From positions 5,088,001-5,152,000 of the forward strand of contig OZ243938.1 in NCBI GenBank assembly GCA_965214095.1: a DNA stretch of 64,000 nucleotides, given 5' to 3'. A program made the position numbers and the translations under genes. The notes below the pieces were generated by a model. That model did not search any database. It was given only the letters and a program-made list of their open reading frames with translations, and was not told the origin of the DNA. Of the stretch, positions 52,051 through 60,090 are shown piece by piece (within the stretch, counting starts at the first letter, position 1; each line of letters starts with the position of its first letter). This stretch comes from Candidatus Poribacteria bacterium (lineage in GTDB: Bacteria; Poribacteria; WGA-4E; WGA-3G).

Positions 52051-53982
52051 TCATATCCAACTATATACCGCAGACCGTAAAACCAGACTCAATAGAGGCC
52101 AGAAACACCCCATCAACGCTTCACCTAATACCAATCCTATGAAAAAGGGTATTGCACGACGATACGCTTTTATGCCTCCATTCCGTAAGATAATCCATTT
52201 CGCTACCATTGCAATCAGCAGGGGAAACCAGATAATATCTGTTGTGCCAGGAGCAACACCAATAACATATCCCGCAGGATGCAGCGGACACCAAACAAAA
52301 CGAGAACGTAGAAATATAATACCTAAATTTGACATGAATGTTAACCCAAGCACTGTTGTTGCTAACCAGTCCATCGGTTTCGGATTGACTAACCACGAAG
52401 AGAGGAAATTATAGGTATCTGCACCACCCGCATGAATCTGCTCTGAGCCTGCTGCAACTCCCTCTCTATATATCGTATACGGATAGAGTATCAAACTTGA
52501 TAAGATACCGACAAGGCTGGCTATGACTAACACCGTGAACATCGTTCGGTTACGCACGCCGGTCCTTTCACCAAGTTTGAACGATTCCAACTGATCAGGC
52601 ATCGGATGCGTACGGAATGACGCATAACTTGCACCACTTAGCCAATTCAATAAGGATAGCATTGTCAGATTACCTGCTCGCAATCTACGCGTGCCAAGCA
52701 GTGAAATCATCATATATTGCGGTGTTAGGTATCCGATTGCATGTATCGGTGGACCAAGTTCTGCACGCATACGCGTCAGTCCAACAACAATCATCAGATA
52801 TATAACTATGAAAACAGAAAATGCCCATAACGACATACCCCCTCGAACACATAAGACAGCAAGTAGAAGAAGGGATAAACCGAGTGTAATAACAGTACTA
52901 CGAGGTGATATTGCTTCATTTTTTGAAGCGGAACGATCATGACGAATTACCTGTGAGAATACGAGAGCAAAATGCTGCCTACCATGCCAACAAGCAATAG
53001 CAAGCAGTGCCAGCAACGCACCTGCTCCCTGCTCACCTAAAAACGGATATCCCGGTACTTTCGACACACCTGTTGAGCTGCCAAATATAAGCTGCACCTT
53101 CTTCATCAAATAAAAAAATGTGCATGAAAATGCTAAATCCAATGGCAGTATAAAGGAAAACCCTATCAGATACGGATGAAAACGGAGCGGTGTATTACCA
53201 ATCGCATTCCACGGTTTCTGCGTAAAATAGATATTCAGGTTATACTTCTTCACCGGTATCTCAGGAAGTACAGGATAGAAGTATTGAAGTCCGTTCAACA
53301 GATTTATCCCAAATGCTATACCGAAACCGATCCAGAGCAGACGGTTCCTAAATATACGACGGTTTGTCGTTATCTCAAGTGGGATCTGAATGATCGGATA
53401 CGCGAGTTTTTCGTTCTCTATCCACTGCTTGCGTATCAACGATGTCAAGCAGAGGAATATCAGCATCAACAGAAATATAACTGCTGTCCAAGAAAGTATC
53501 GGAACAATCCAATGTTGCACATAGCCTTCAGTGAAAAAGTTGACATTTCCTTCATAGAAATCGTTGACAGTCTTCGGGTCTTTGACAACAAGCCATTCTG
53601 GCAAATGGTGAAACAGGAGTGCCTCCCAATCATTTTCAGCAGTGGCAAAACGAAACGCGTATGGAATCAATCCCATAAGACGTGGCATACAATCATGACC
53701 TGAAAAAGCACTACCGACTGCAAGCATGCTGTAAACAACGATCAAGTCCCGTTGTGATAGTGCAGCCGTCGGTGCGAAACTCCGTATCCACATGTTCAGC
53801 ATCGTGATTACAAATATCCCGAACATAACATTGACCGACATCGCTACGGTTGTCAAATGTGCTGTGTGCCATATCATTTCTACATAGGCTATCCAGTAAC
53901 TGTTGCCAATTATCAGAACAGTACCTATCAAGACCGCGCGTTTCGTGATTCTTGAGGTGGGATGTAAGTTAGTTTGATGCAT
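52051..53982 (-). CDS. DUF6785/DUF6784-type (OPT-like) polytopic membrane protein
   Basis: Many TM; RKQWIENEKLAYPI, TRMRAELG, PLHPAGY, PFFIGLVLGE; start uncertain (ATG 53982). Confidence 0.75.
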   Translation of the reverse strand: MHQTNLHPTSRITKRAVLIGTVLIIGNSYWIAYVEMIWHTAHLTTVAMSVNVMFGIFVITMLNMWIRSFAPTAALSQRDLIVVYSMLAVGSAFSGHDCMPRLMGLIPYAFRFATAENDWEALLFHHLPEWLVVKDPKTVNDFYEGNVNFFTEGYVQHWIVPILSWTAVIFLLMLIFLCLTSLIRKQWIENEKLAYPIIQIPLEITTNRRIFRNRLLWIGFGIAFGINLLNGLQYFYPVLPEIPVKKYNLNIYFTQKPWNAIGNTPLRFHPYLIGFSFILPLDLAFSCTFFYLMKKVQLIFGSSTGVSKVPGYPFLGEQGAGALLALLAIACWHGRQHFALVFSQVIRHDRSASKNEAISPRSTVITLGLSLLLLAVLCVRGGMSLWAFSVFIVIYLMIVVGLTRMRAELGPPIHAIGYLTPQYMMISLLGTRRLRAGNLTMLSLLNWLSGASYASFRTHPMPDQLESFKLGERTGVRNRTMFTVLVIASLVGILSSLILYPYTIYREGVAAGSEQIHAGGADTYNFLSSWLVNPKPMDWLATTVLGLTFMSNLGIIFLRSRFVWCPLHPAGYVIGVAPGTTDIIWFPLLIAMVAKWIILRNGGIKAYRRAIPFFIGLVLGEALMGCFWPLLSLVLRSAVYSWI

Positions 53983-54066
53983 GCTTTTAACGGGGTGAGA
54001 TAGGTTACTGTGTCGTAAAACTTGAAGGTAATATATCAAATTTTATGGATATATTTTCTATAATAT

Positions 54067-54095
54067 GTTATACTAAACAATCAGAAGTCTGTCAA
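54067..54095 (-). promoter_or_regulatory. Sigma70 promoter
   Basis: TTGACA-17-TATAAC on the minus strand. Confidence 0.65.
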
Positions 54096-54297
54096 GGTGA
54101 AATTCAGAACGTGATGCTTTAGTTATTACTTATACGAAGCGGTTCCAATAGGATTAAACCCGATCTTATGGTTTTTACATTATGGACACCTGACAATCGA
54201 TTTCAACGTTGTGAAGTACAATAATATATTTCAATATAACATTCTTTCAAAGAACTATTTCAATGACTAAATATTGTCATATACAGGAGTGACCAAT

Positions 54298-55419
54298 ATG
54301 CAATTGACTTTTCAAAAAGACGAACTTTTACACACACTTCAGATGGTGCAGGGAATTGCTGGGGGACGAAATACCTTGCCAATATTGTCAAATGTACTCA
54401 TACGCGCACAAAACGGGAACATAGAATGTGCTGCGACTGATTTAGAAGTTGGCATTAGAATAAAAGTTTTGGGGGACATCAAAGAAGAAGGTGCTATTAC
54501 CGTCTCTGCAAAGAAATTATCTGACATCGTACGTGAATTACCTGATGCGCCGATTGAACTGGTAACGACAGCAAATGACAGAGTCGAAATCACATGTGGT
54601 GAAGGTGTCTACAAAATAATTGGACTCTCCGATGAAGAATTTCCTGAACTCCCATCTGCAAATGGGGTAGGTATTCCTATTGATGGTGAAACTTTATGCT
54701 CTGTTATTCACAAAACGCAGTTTGCTGCATCAACGGATGAAGTGCGATATACATTGAACGGTTTGTATTTCAGTCTTATGGATGACAAAACTGAAGTGGT
54801 AGCAACGGATGGCACAAGACAGCTCGCTTTAACTTATTGTCCTTCCTTAAAAAGTTCGGATGAAGTCGCAGGATTTATCGTTCCATTGAAGACAATTAGA
54901 GAGGTTGCGAGAATTTTCGCGGAATCAGCTGAAGTTAAGATTTCTCACCAAAAAAACCAGCTCCTCTTTTCCGATGAAAACACGACACTAACGACACGTC
55001 TAGTTGAAGGTGAATATCCACCATATCAGAAACTGTTTCGTGATGCTTCTGATGGACGGACAGTTATCTCAAAAGAGGCTATCTTACGCGCCGCAAAACG
55101 AGTCTCTTTGCTCTCAGACCCAAAGAACTTCCTAATCTGCTTAGAAATCGATACAGAACAGATTCGGATTTCAGCGAAAACACCAGAACTCGGTGAGGCA
55201 CATGAGACAGTCTCTGTGGAATCTGGGACTGGCAGTGTACGCATCGGTTTGGATGCACGTGTGCTTTTAGATGTATTGACGCATATTGAAACTGATTCAC
55301 TCATTTTTGAGTTCACTGGAGAGTTTATACCATTGATCGTGAAACCTACAGGAGATATTGAGCATACTTGTTTTATCATGCCTATGCGTTTAGAACCTGC
55401 TTCACCATTGGAATCTTAA
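54298..55419 (+). CDS. dnaN: DNA polymerase III beta sliding clamp, paralog 1
   Basis: TLPILSN, ATDLE, ELP, EEFP, LNG, VATDG, RLVEGEYP, IMPMRL; ATG after AGGAG. Confidence 0.93.
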   Translation: MQLTFQKDELLHTLQMVQGIAGGRNTLPILSNVLIRAQNGNIECAATDLEVGIRIKVLGDIKEEGAITVSAKKLSDIVRELPDAPIELVTTANDRVEITCGEGVYKIIGLSDEEFPELPSANGVGIPIDGETLCSVIHKTQFAASTDEVRYTLNGLYFSLMDDKTEVVATDGTRQLALTYCPSLKSSDEVAGFIVPLKTIREVARIFAESAEVKISHQKNQLLFSDENTTLTTRLVEGEYPPYQKLFRDASDGRTVISKEAILRAAKRVSLLSDPKNFLICLEIDTEQIRISAKTPELGEAHETVSVESGTGSVRIGLDARVLLDVLTHIETDSLIFEFTGEFIPLIVKPTGDIEHTCFIMPMRLEPASPLES

Positions 55420-55516
55420 TTCCTGCTTATATTTACCGATTGTACAGTATACTTCCTGTATGCAGTTCGCATAAAGCATTCATTATAGCAATTGATTAAT
55501 AATAGGAGATTTCTAT

Positions 55517-56626
55517 ATGGAACTTGCCTTTGAAAAAGATGAACTCCTTGATAACCTACAAACAATCCAAGGCGTAACAAGTGGACGCAACACTTTGCCG
55601 ATACTTGCAAACATTCTCATTCGCGCACAAGATGAGGGAATAGAATGTGCCGCGACCGACTTGGAAGTTGGCATAAAAGTAAAAGTAGACGGGACGATAG
55701 CAGATACAGGTGAAATTACCGTCTCTGCAAAAAAACTCGTTGACCTCGTGCGGGAATTACCTGATAAACCAATTAAACTCGTTACGACTGCAAATGATAG
55801 AATTGAACTCACTTGTGGCGATGGCACATATAAGATAATCGGACTTTCAAGTGAGGAATTTCCACCAGTACCGTCTACTAATGGAGAAGGATTAACTATT
55901 GATGGTGAAATGCTAAACTCCGTTATCCGAAAAACTATTTTTGCAGCATCTACTGAAGAGGTACAATTCCTTCTGAACGGTCTCTATTTCAACCTACTTG
56001 AAGATAGAACAGAGGTGGTCGCAACCGATAGAAACTATCTGGCATTAGCACATTGTGCCCCACTGCAGACATCTGAAGACGTTGAAGGGTTTATAGTGCC
56101 TTTGAAAGCAGTTAAAGAGATTGAACGCACGTTTGCTGATTCAGAAAGTGTGAGGATCTCTCTCCAGAATAGCCAACTGCTGTTCTCTGATGAAAATGCG
56201 ACGCTGATGACACGATTAGTAGATGGGAGATATCCTGAATACCAAACGATTATCCCGGAGTCTACAGAAAGCCGTGCTGTTGTATCAAAGGACTCATTTC
56301 TGCGCGCATCGCGCCGCGTGTCCCTTCTTTCCAATCCAAAGAACAATGCAATATGTTTAGAGATAGATAGTGAAAGAATTCATCTATCTGCAAATACTCC
56401 TGAACTTGGTGAAGCACACGAGACGATTGCAGTGGAATCCAGTACTGGAAGTGTGCGGATAGGACTGGATGCTCGGATGTTAACAGATGTGTTGTCGCAT
56501 ATTGAAACGACATCTCTCGTTTTAGAGTTCTCAGATGATGCCTCACCCTTCTTAGTCAAACCTGAAGGAGATGACGGACATCTATGTATCATTTCACCGA
56601 TGCGATTAGATGCAATCCACCAATAG
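55517..56626 (+). CDS. dnaN: DNA polymerase III beta sliding clamp, paralog 2
   Basis: TLPILAN, ATDLE, EEFP, LNG, VATD, RLVDGRYP, ISPMRL; AGGAG RBS. Confidence 0.92.
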   Translation: MELAFEKDELLDNLQTIQGVTSGRNTLPILANILIRAQDEGIECAATDLEVGIKVKVDGTIADTGEITVSAKKLVDLVRELPDKPIKLVTTANDRIELTCGDGTYKIIGLSSEEFPPVPSTNGEGLTIDGEMLNSVIRKTIFAASTEEVQFLLNGLYFNLLEDRTEVVATDRNYLALAHCAPLQTSEDVEGFIVPLKAVKEIERTFADSESVRISLQNSQLLFSDENATLMTRLVDGRYPEYQTIIPESTESRAVVSKDSFLRASRRVSLLSNPKNNAICLEIDSERIHLSANTPELGEAHETIAVESSTGSVRIGLDARMLTDVLSHIETTSLVLEFSDDASPFLVKPEGDDGHLCIISPMRLDAIHQ

Positions 56627-56649
56627 AATATGCTGATGTTTACATCATT

Positions 56650-56821
56650 CATAGACGTCAATTTAGCGTCCTTCCAAGTACCGGTAGGTTCGGTTTCCTA
56701 ACCGAACCGGCTTTGTGCCAAATACCTTCATAGAGGTTCTCGCGTAGGATCCGGTTCGGTTAGGAAACCGAACCTACCGTCCTGGGGAAAACGCCTAATT
56801 TACACTAAATTGACGCTTATG
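56650..56821. mobile_element. 172-bp MITE with CAT..ATG ends, about 20-bp flanking direct repeat and internal REP doublet
   Basis: TIR catagacgtcaatttag / ctaaattgacgcttatg; DR atgctgatgtttacatcatt at 56630 and 56822; inverted REPs at 56684-56777. Confidence 0.8.
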
Positions 56822-56840
56822 ATGCTGATGTTTACATCAT

Positions 56841-56943
56841 TATAGTGAATTATAGATATAAGTTGACACTTTCGACCCACGGTAGGCGAGGTTTCCTAAC
56901 CTCGCCGATGCTGAGTGCTCAAGTAATTTCAAAATCTACTATA
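56841..56943. mobile_element. 103-bp MITE (family B) with GTAG REP
   Basis: Near-identical to 38208-38310. Confidence 0.8.
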
Positions 56944-57085
56944 ATATCAAATCTACTTTAGCTGCCTGATGTAATACAGTCAAATGTCCACATCCATCCC
57001 GCATATACAAAAAGAGTTTGAATCTGGTAAATTTGTTGTTAAGTTTGTCTTATACAAATTCTATTTGTTCTTATCTCATTTTTTC

Positions 57086-57165
57086 GTAGGTCGGGTAGAG
57101 GCACGAAACCCGACATGATGACTACAATCAAGACGTGTCGGGTTTCGTGCCTCTACCCGACCTAC
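57086..57165. repeat. Perfect REPIN: inverted 30-bp GTAG REP doublet
   Basis: gtaggtcgggtagaggcacgaaacccgaca, 20-nt spacer, then exact reverse complement; single copy at 45824; family A TIR tagaaatggtat ends at 57198. Confidence 0.85.
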
Positions 57166-57198
57166 AGAAGAATGAGGTATTATTAATTAGAAATGGTA

Positions 57199-59922
57199 TT
57201 ATTTATTGTCTATCTCCCAAAGAAACACAGAACCATTATTACAACCGCTAACAAGGGTTTTTCCATCAGGACTAAACGCGATACTATCAACCCGCCCTAT
57301 ATGACCCATCAGTGTTTTCTTGTGTTCGCTGGTGTGTGTATCCCATAATTGAATCGTGCCATCTCCACACCCACTTGCGAAGGTTTTTCCATCCGGACTG
57401 AACGCTAAACACATCAAAAATGTATCTCCGCTAATTGTAATTTTGATTTTCCATGTGTCTATATCCCATAGATGGATAATCCCATCATTGCCTCCACTTG
57501 CGAGGATTTTTCCATCCGGACTGAACGCTAAACCTTCCACCCAATCATTATGTTCGGTAAGTACGATTTTATTTTCACCAGTTGCAACATCCCAGAGACA
57601 AATAGTTTCATCATTACTTCCGCTTGCAAGGATTTTACCATCCGGACTGAACGCGATACTATTGATCAACTTCTTATGTCCAATAAGTGTCCTTTTATGT
57701 TCGCCAGTGTGTGCATCCCAGAGGTGGATAGTATCGCCATCTTCACTTGCAAGTATATTTCCATCCGAACTGAGTGCTATATGCTTAACAAAACTGGTAT
57801 GTCCAGTAAGTATCAATTTGTGTTCGCCAGTGTGTGCATCCCAGATGTGGATGTCATCGTCAGTCCCACAAAAAAGAGTTTTTCCATCAGGGCTGAACAC
57901 TATACTGTAAGCCGATTCTATCTGTCCATTTTTAGGCTCGTTAAGTGTTCTTATGGGTTGCCTTGTATCCGCATCCCATAGACGAATAATTCCACTGGCA
58001 TCCCCACTTGCGATATAGTACCCATTCGGATTGAACGCAACACTGTGTACCTCCTGCGAATGTCCAGTAAATATTTTTTTCGCGTTGCCGGTGTGTACAT
58101 CCCAAAACCGTATGGTGCCATCGCCACCTCCACTTGCAAGTGTTTGTCCACCCGGACTGAACGCTAACCCACCGCGCCCTACATTTCGCGGGTGCTCGGT
58201 GATTATTTCCCTGTGTGTGCCAGAGTGTACATCCCACAGACAGATTGTTTCATCGCCATAGGACGTAGTAGCAATTGTTTTTCCATCAGGACTAAACGCT
58301 AAGTGGATAACGTGATCCTTATGCTTAGAGAGAATCATCTTGAGTTCGCCTGTGTTTAAGTCGTAGAGATAGACAGTGCCACTTACACTACCAACAGCGA
58401 CTATTATTCCATCTGGACTTAACGCAGCACTAATAGCAGAGCAATCAGGGTGCATAGCAAAAGTTTTCTTGTGTTTACCCGTGATCGAATTCCAAAGACT
58501 GATTTTGTCTCCCCTACTCATACTGACAAGAGTCTGTCCGTCTGGCGTGAATGATAAATCAGAACCATTATACGGATCATTCGAGAGTGTATACTTTTCC
58601 TCTCCAGTGATGGCATCCCATAATCGGATAGTGCCTTGCCGATTATTACTCGCAAGTATTTTGCCATTCGGGCTGAATGTTAAGCATGTGATATACTCTG
58701 TATTACGTCCAATGAGCGTTTCTTGCGTCCCTGTGATTCTATCATACAGGGTAATATTACCATCGGCATTTCCACTTGCTAAGATGCGTCCATCTGGGCT
58801 AAAAGCAAGGTGGAAGGCATGACTCGTATCAGCTGTGATTAGACTTGCCTCTTGATGTACTGTCACATCGTAAAGCCAAATACCGATGCCACTCGCAACA
58901 GCCAGCAACTTACCGTCAGGAGAATATTTTATATCGGCTATATACCCTTTACTGAGGCGCACTTTAGCATCTTCAGGCAGGTTCCATTGCATAGCATCTT
59001 GTGTTAGGTTGTTTTCCACGGTTTTTGTTCCTTTTGTTAAACCGTTGTTACTGTTTTTGCTGAGGTTAGTACCACCAACCCGGTTTTTCAATTTGGGTTT
59101 TGATTGAAGATTCAAAATAATAGGCGCGTCAACTATTTCAATTGTGGGTTCTGATTTTGCGTCAACGCTATACGGGCTCTGAAAATTAGCGGTGAATTGC
59201 TTACTTGCTCCCATCAACAAAATAACCAAAATAGCAGATGCGCCTAAAGCTGCAAACGGTAGCAACGGTTTACTTCCTAATGGAGATGTTTGTTTGATTG
59301 TGTCAATACGTCGTATGATGTTTTCAGTTAGATCTGGACTTAATGGGATGCTGCCGAGGGTTTCCCGAATTATGGACTCTTCGTTCTGTAAACGTTCTCG
59401 TGCCCGTTTAAGTCGACTTTTAACAGTGTTTGAAGATACACCTAAAAACTTGCTAATCTCTTCACAACTCATTTCACCGAGGTAGTGCAGGACCATCACC
59501 GTGCGTTCACTTTCTGGAAGTTTTTCCATGAGCTTCTGCACGATTTTACGTCTGTGTTCAACGGCTGCGTCCTCACGCTGTTCACAGACATAGTCCGCAT
59601 AAGCAGTTTTTTCAAGTGTCTTTTCACTGGTGGAATCCAAGGATTTCATGTCCATCCGCTTCTTTCTGAACCATGCTTTGCATTGTCGATTGGCGATGAC
59701 GTAAAGCCAACCAGCAAACTGACCCGGATTTTTCAACGAGGCGAGTCTTTGGTATGCCAGTAGGAAAGTATCCTGTGTAATTTCTTCAGCGATATGGAAA
59801 TCACCGATTTTCCGCCAGGCAAGCGCGTGAACGCTTTTTTGATATTTCTCAACTAACGCACTGAAAGCAGTTTCGTCACCTGACAATACTTCTTGAATCA
59901 GTTCAAAATCATCTCTTTCCAT
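57199..59922 (-). CDS. ECF sigma factor fused to TM helix and WD40 propeller (copy 1)
   Basis: Sigma2 (AEEITQDTFL..F.GWLY), sigma4 (EEISKFLG..TVKSRL.RAR), TM, WNLPEDAK cap, WD repeats. Confidence 0.93.
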   Translation of the reverse strand: MERDDFELIQEVLSGDETAFSALVEKYQKSVHALAWRKIGDFHIAEEITQDTFLLAYQRLASLKNPGQFAGWLYVIANRQCKAWFRKKRMDMKSLDSTSEKTLEKTAYADYVCEQREDAAVEHRRKIVQKLMEKLPESERTVMVLHYLGEMSCEEISKFLGVSSNTVKSRLKRARERLQNEESIIRETLGSIPLSPDLTENIIRRIDTIKQTSPLGSKPLLPFAALGASAILVILLMGASKQFTANFQSPYSVDAKSEPTIEIVDAPIILNLQSKPKLKNRVGGTNLSKNSNNGLTKGTKTVENNLTQDAMQWNLPEDAKVRLSKGYIADIKYSPDGKLLAVASGIGIWLYDVTVHQEASLITADTSHAFHLAFSPDGRILASGNADGNITLYDRITGTQETLIGRNTEYITCLTFSPNGKILASNNRQGTIRLWDAITGEEKYTLSNDPYNGSDLSFTPDGQTLVSMSRGDKISLWNSITGKHKKTFAMHPDCSAISAALSPDGIIVAVGSVSGTVYLYDLNTGELKMILSKHKDHVIHLAFSPDGKTIATTSYGDETICLWDVHSGTHREIITEHPRNVGRGGLAFSPGGQTLASGGGDGTIRFWDVHTGNAKKIFTGHSQEVHSVAFNPNGYYIASGDASGIIRLWDADTRQPIRTLNEPKNGQIESAYSIVFSPDGKTLFCGTDDDIHIWDAHTGEHKLILTGHTSFVKHIALSSDGNILASEDGDTIHLWDAHTGEHKRTLIGHKKLINSIAFSPDGKILASGSNDETICLWDVATGENKIVLTEHNDWVEGLAFSPDGKILASGGNDGIIHLWDIDTWKIKITISGDTFLMCLAFSPDGKTFASGCGDGTIQLWDTHTSEHKKTLMGHIGRVDSIAFSPDGKTLVSGCNNGSVFLWEIDNK

Positions 59923-59960
59923 CAGAGACCTCCATAATCAATTTTGGCTTACAATTATCG

Positions 59961-59990
59961 GTGACGCGTTTTTTCGGTGGATAGGTTGCA
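59961..59990 (-). promoter_or_regulatory. Putative ECF autoregulatory promoter
   Basis: TGCAACC-N15-CGCGTCAC; same boxes and spacing at 62893-62922. Confidence 0.7.
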
Positions 59991-60090
59991 GAATTGTCAT
60001 AATTGAAACAAAACCTGTCTTTTTTGTGTGTAGACGAAACACGGACAATGAATTGTGCAGCTACCAACGTAGGTATGATGAATTGGGACA

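Noticed and set aside
54040-54297. oriC upstream of dnaN
   Set aside because: No consensus DnaA box (TTATCCACA) found by eye and no dnaA adjacent
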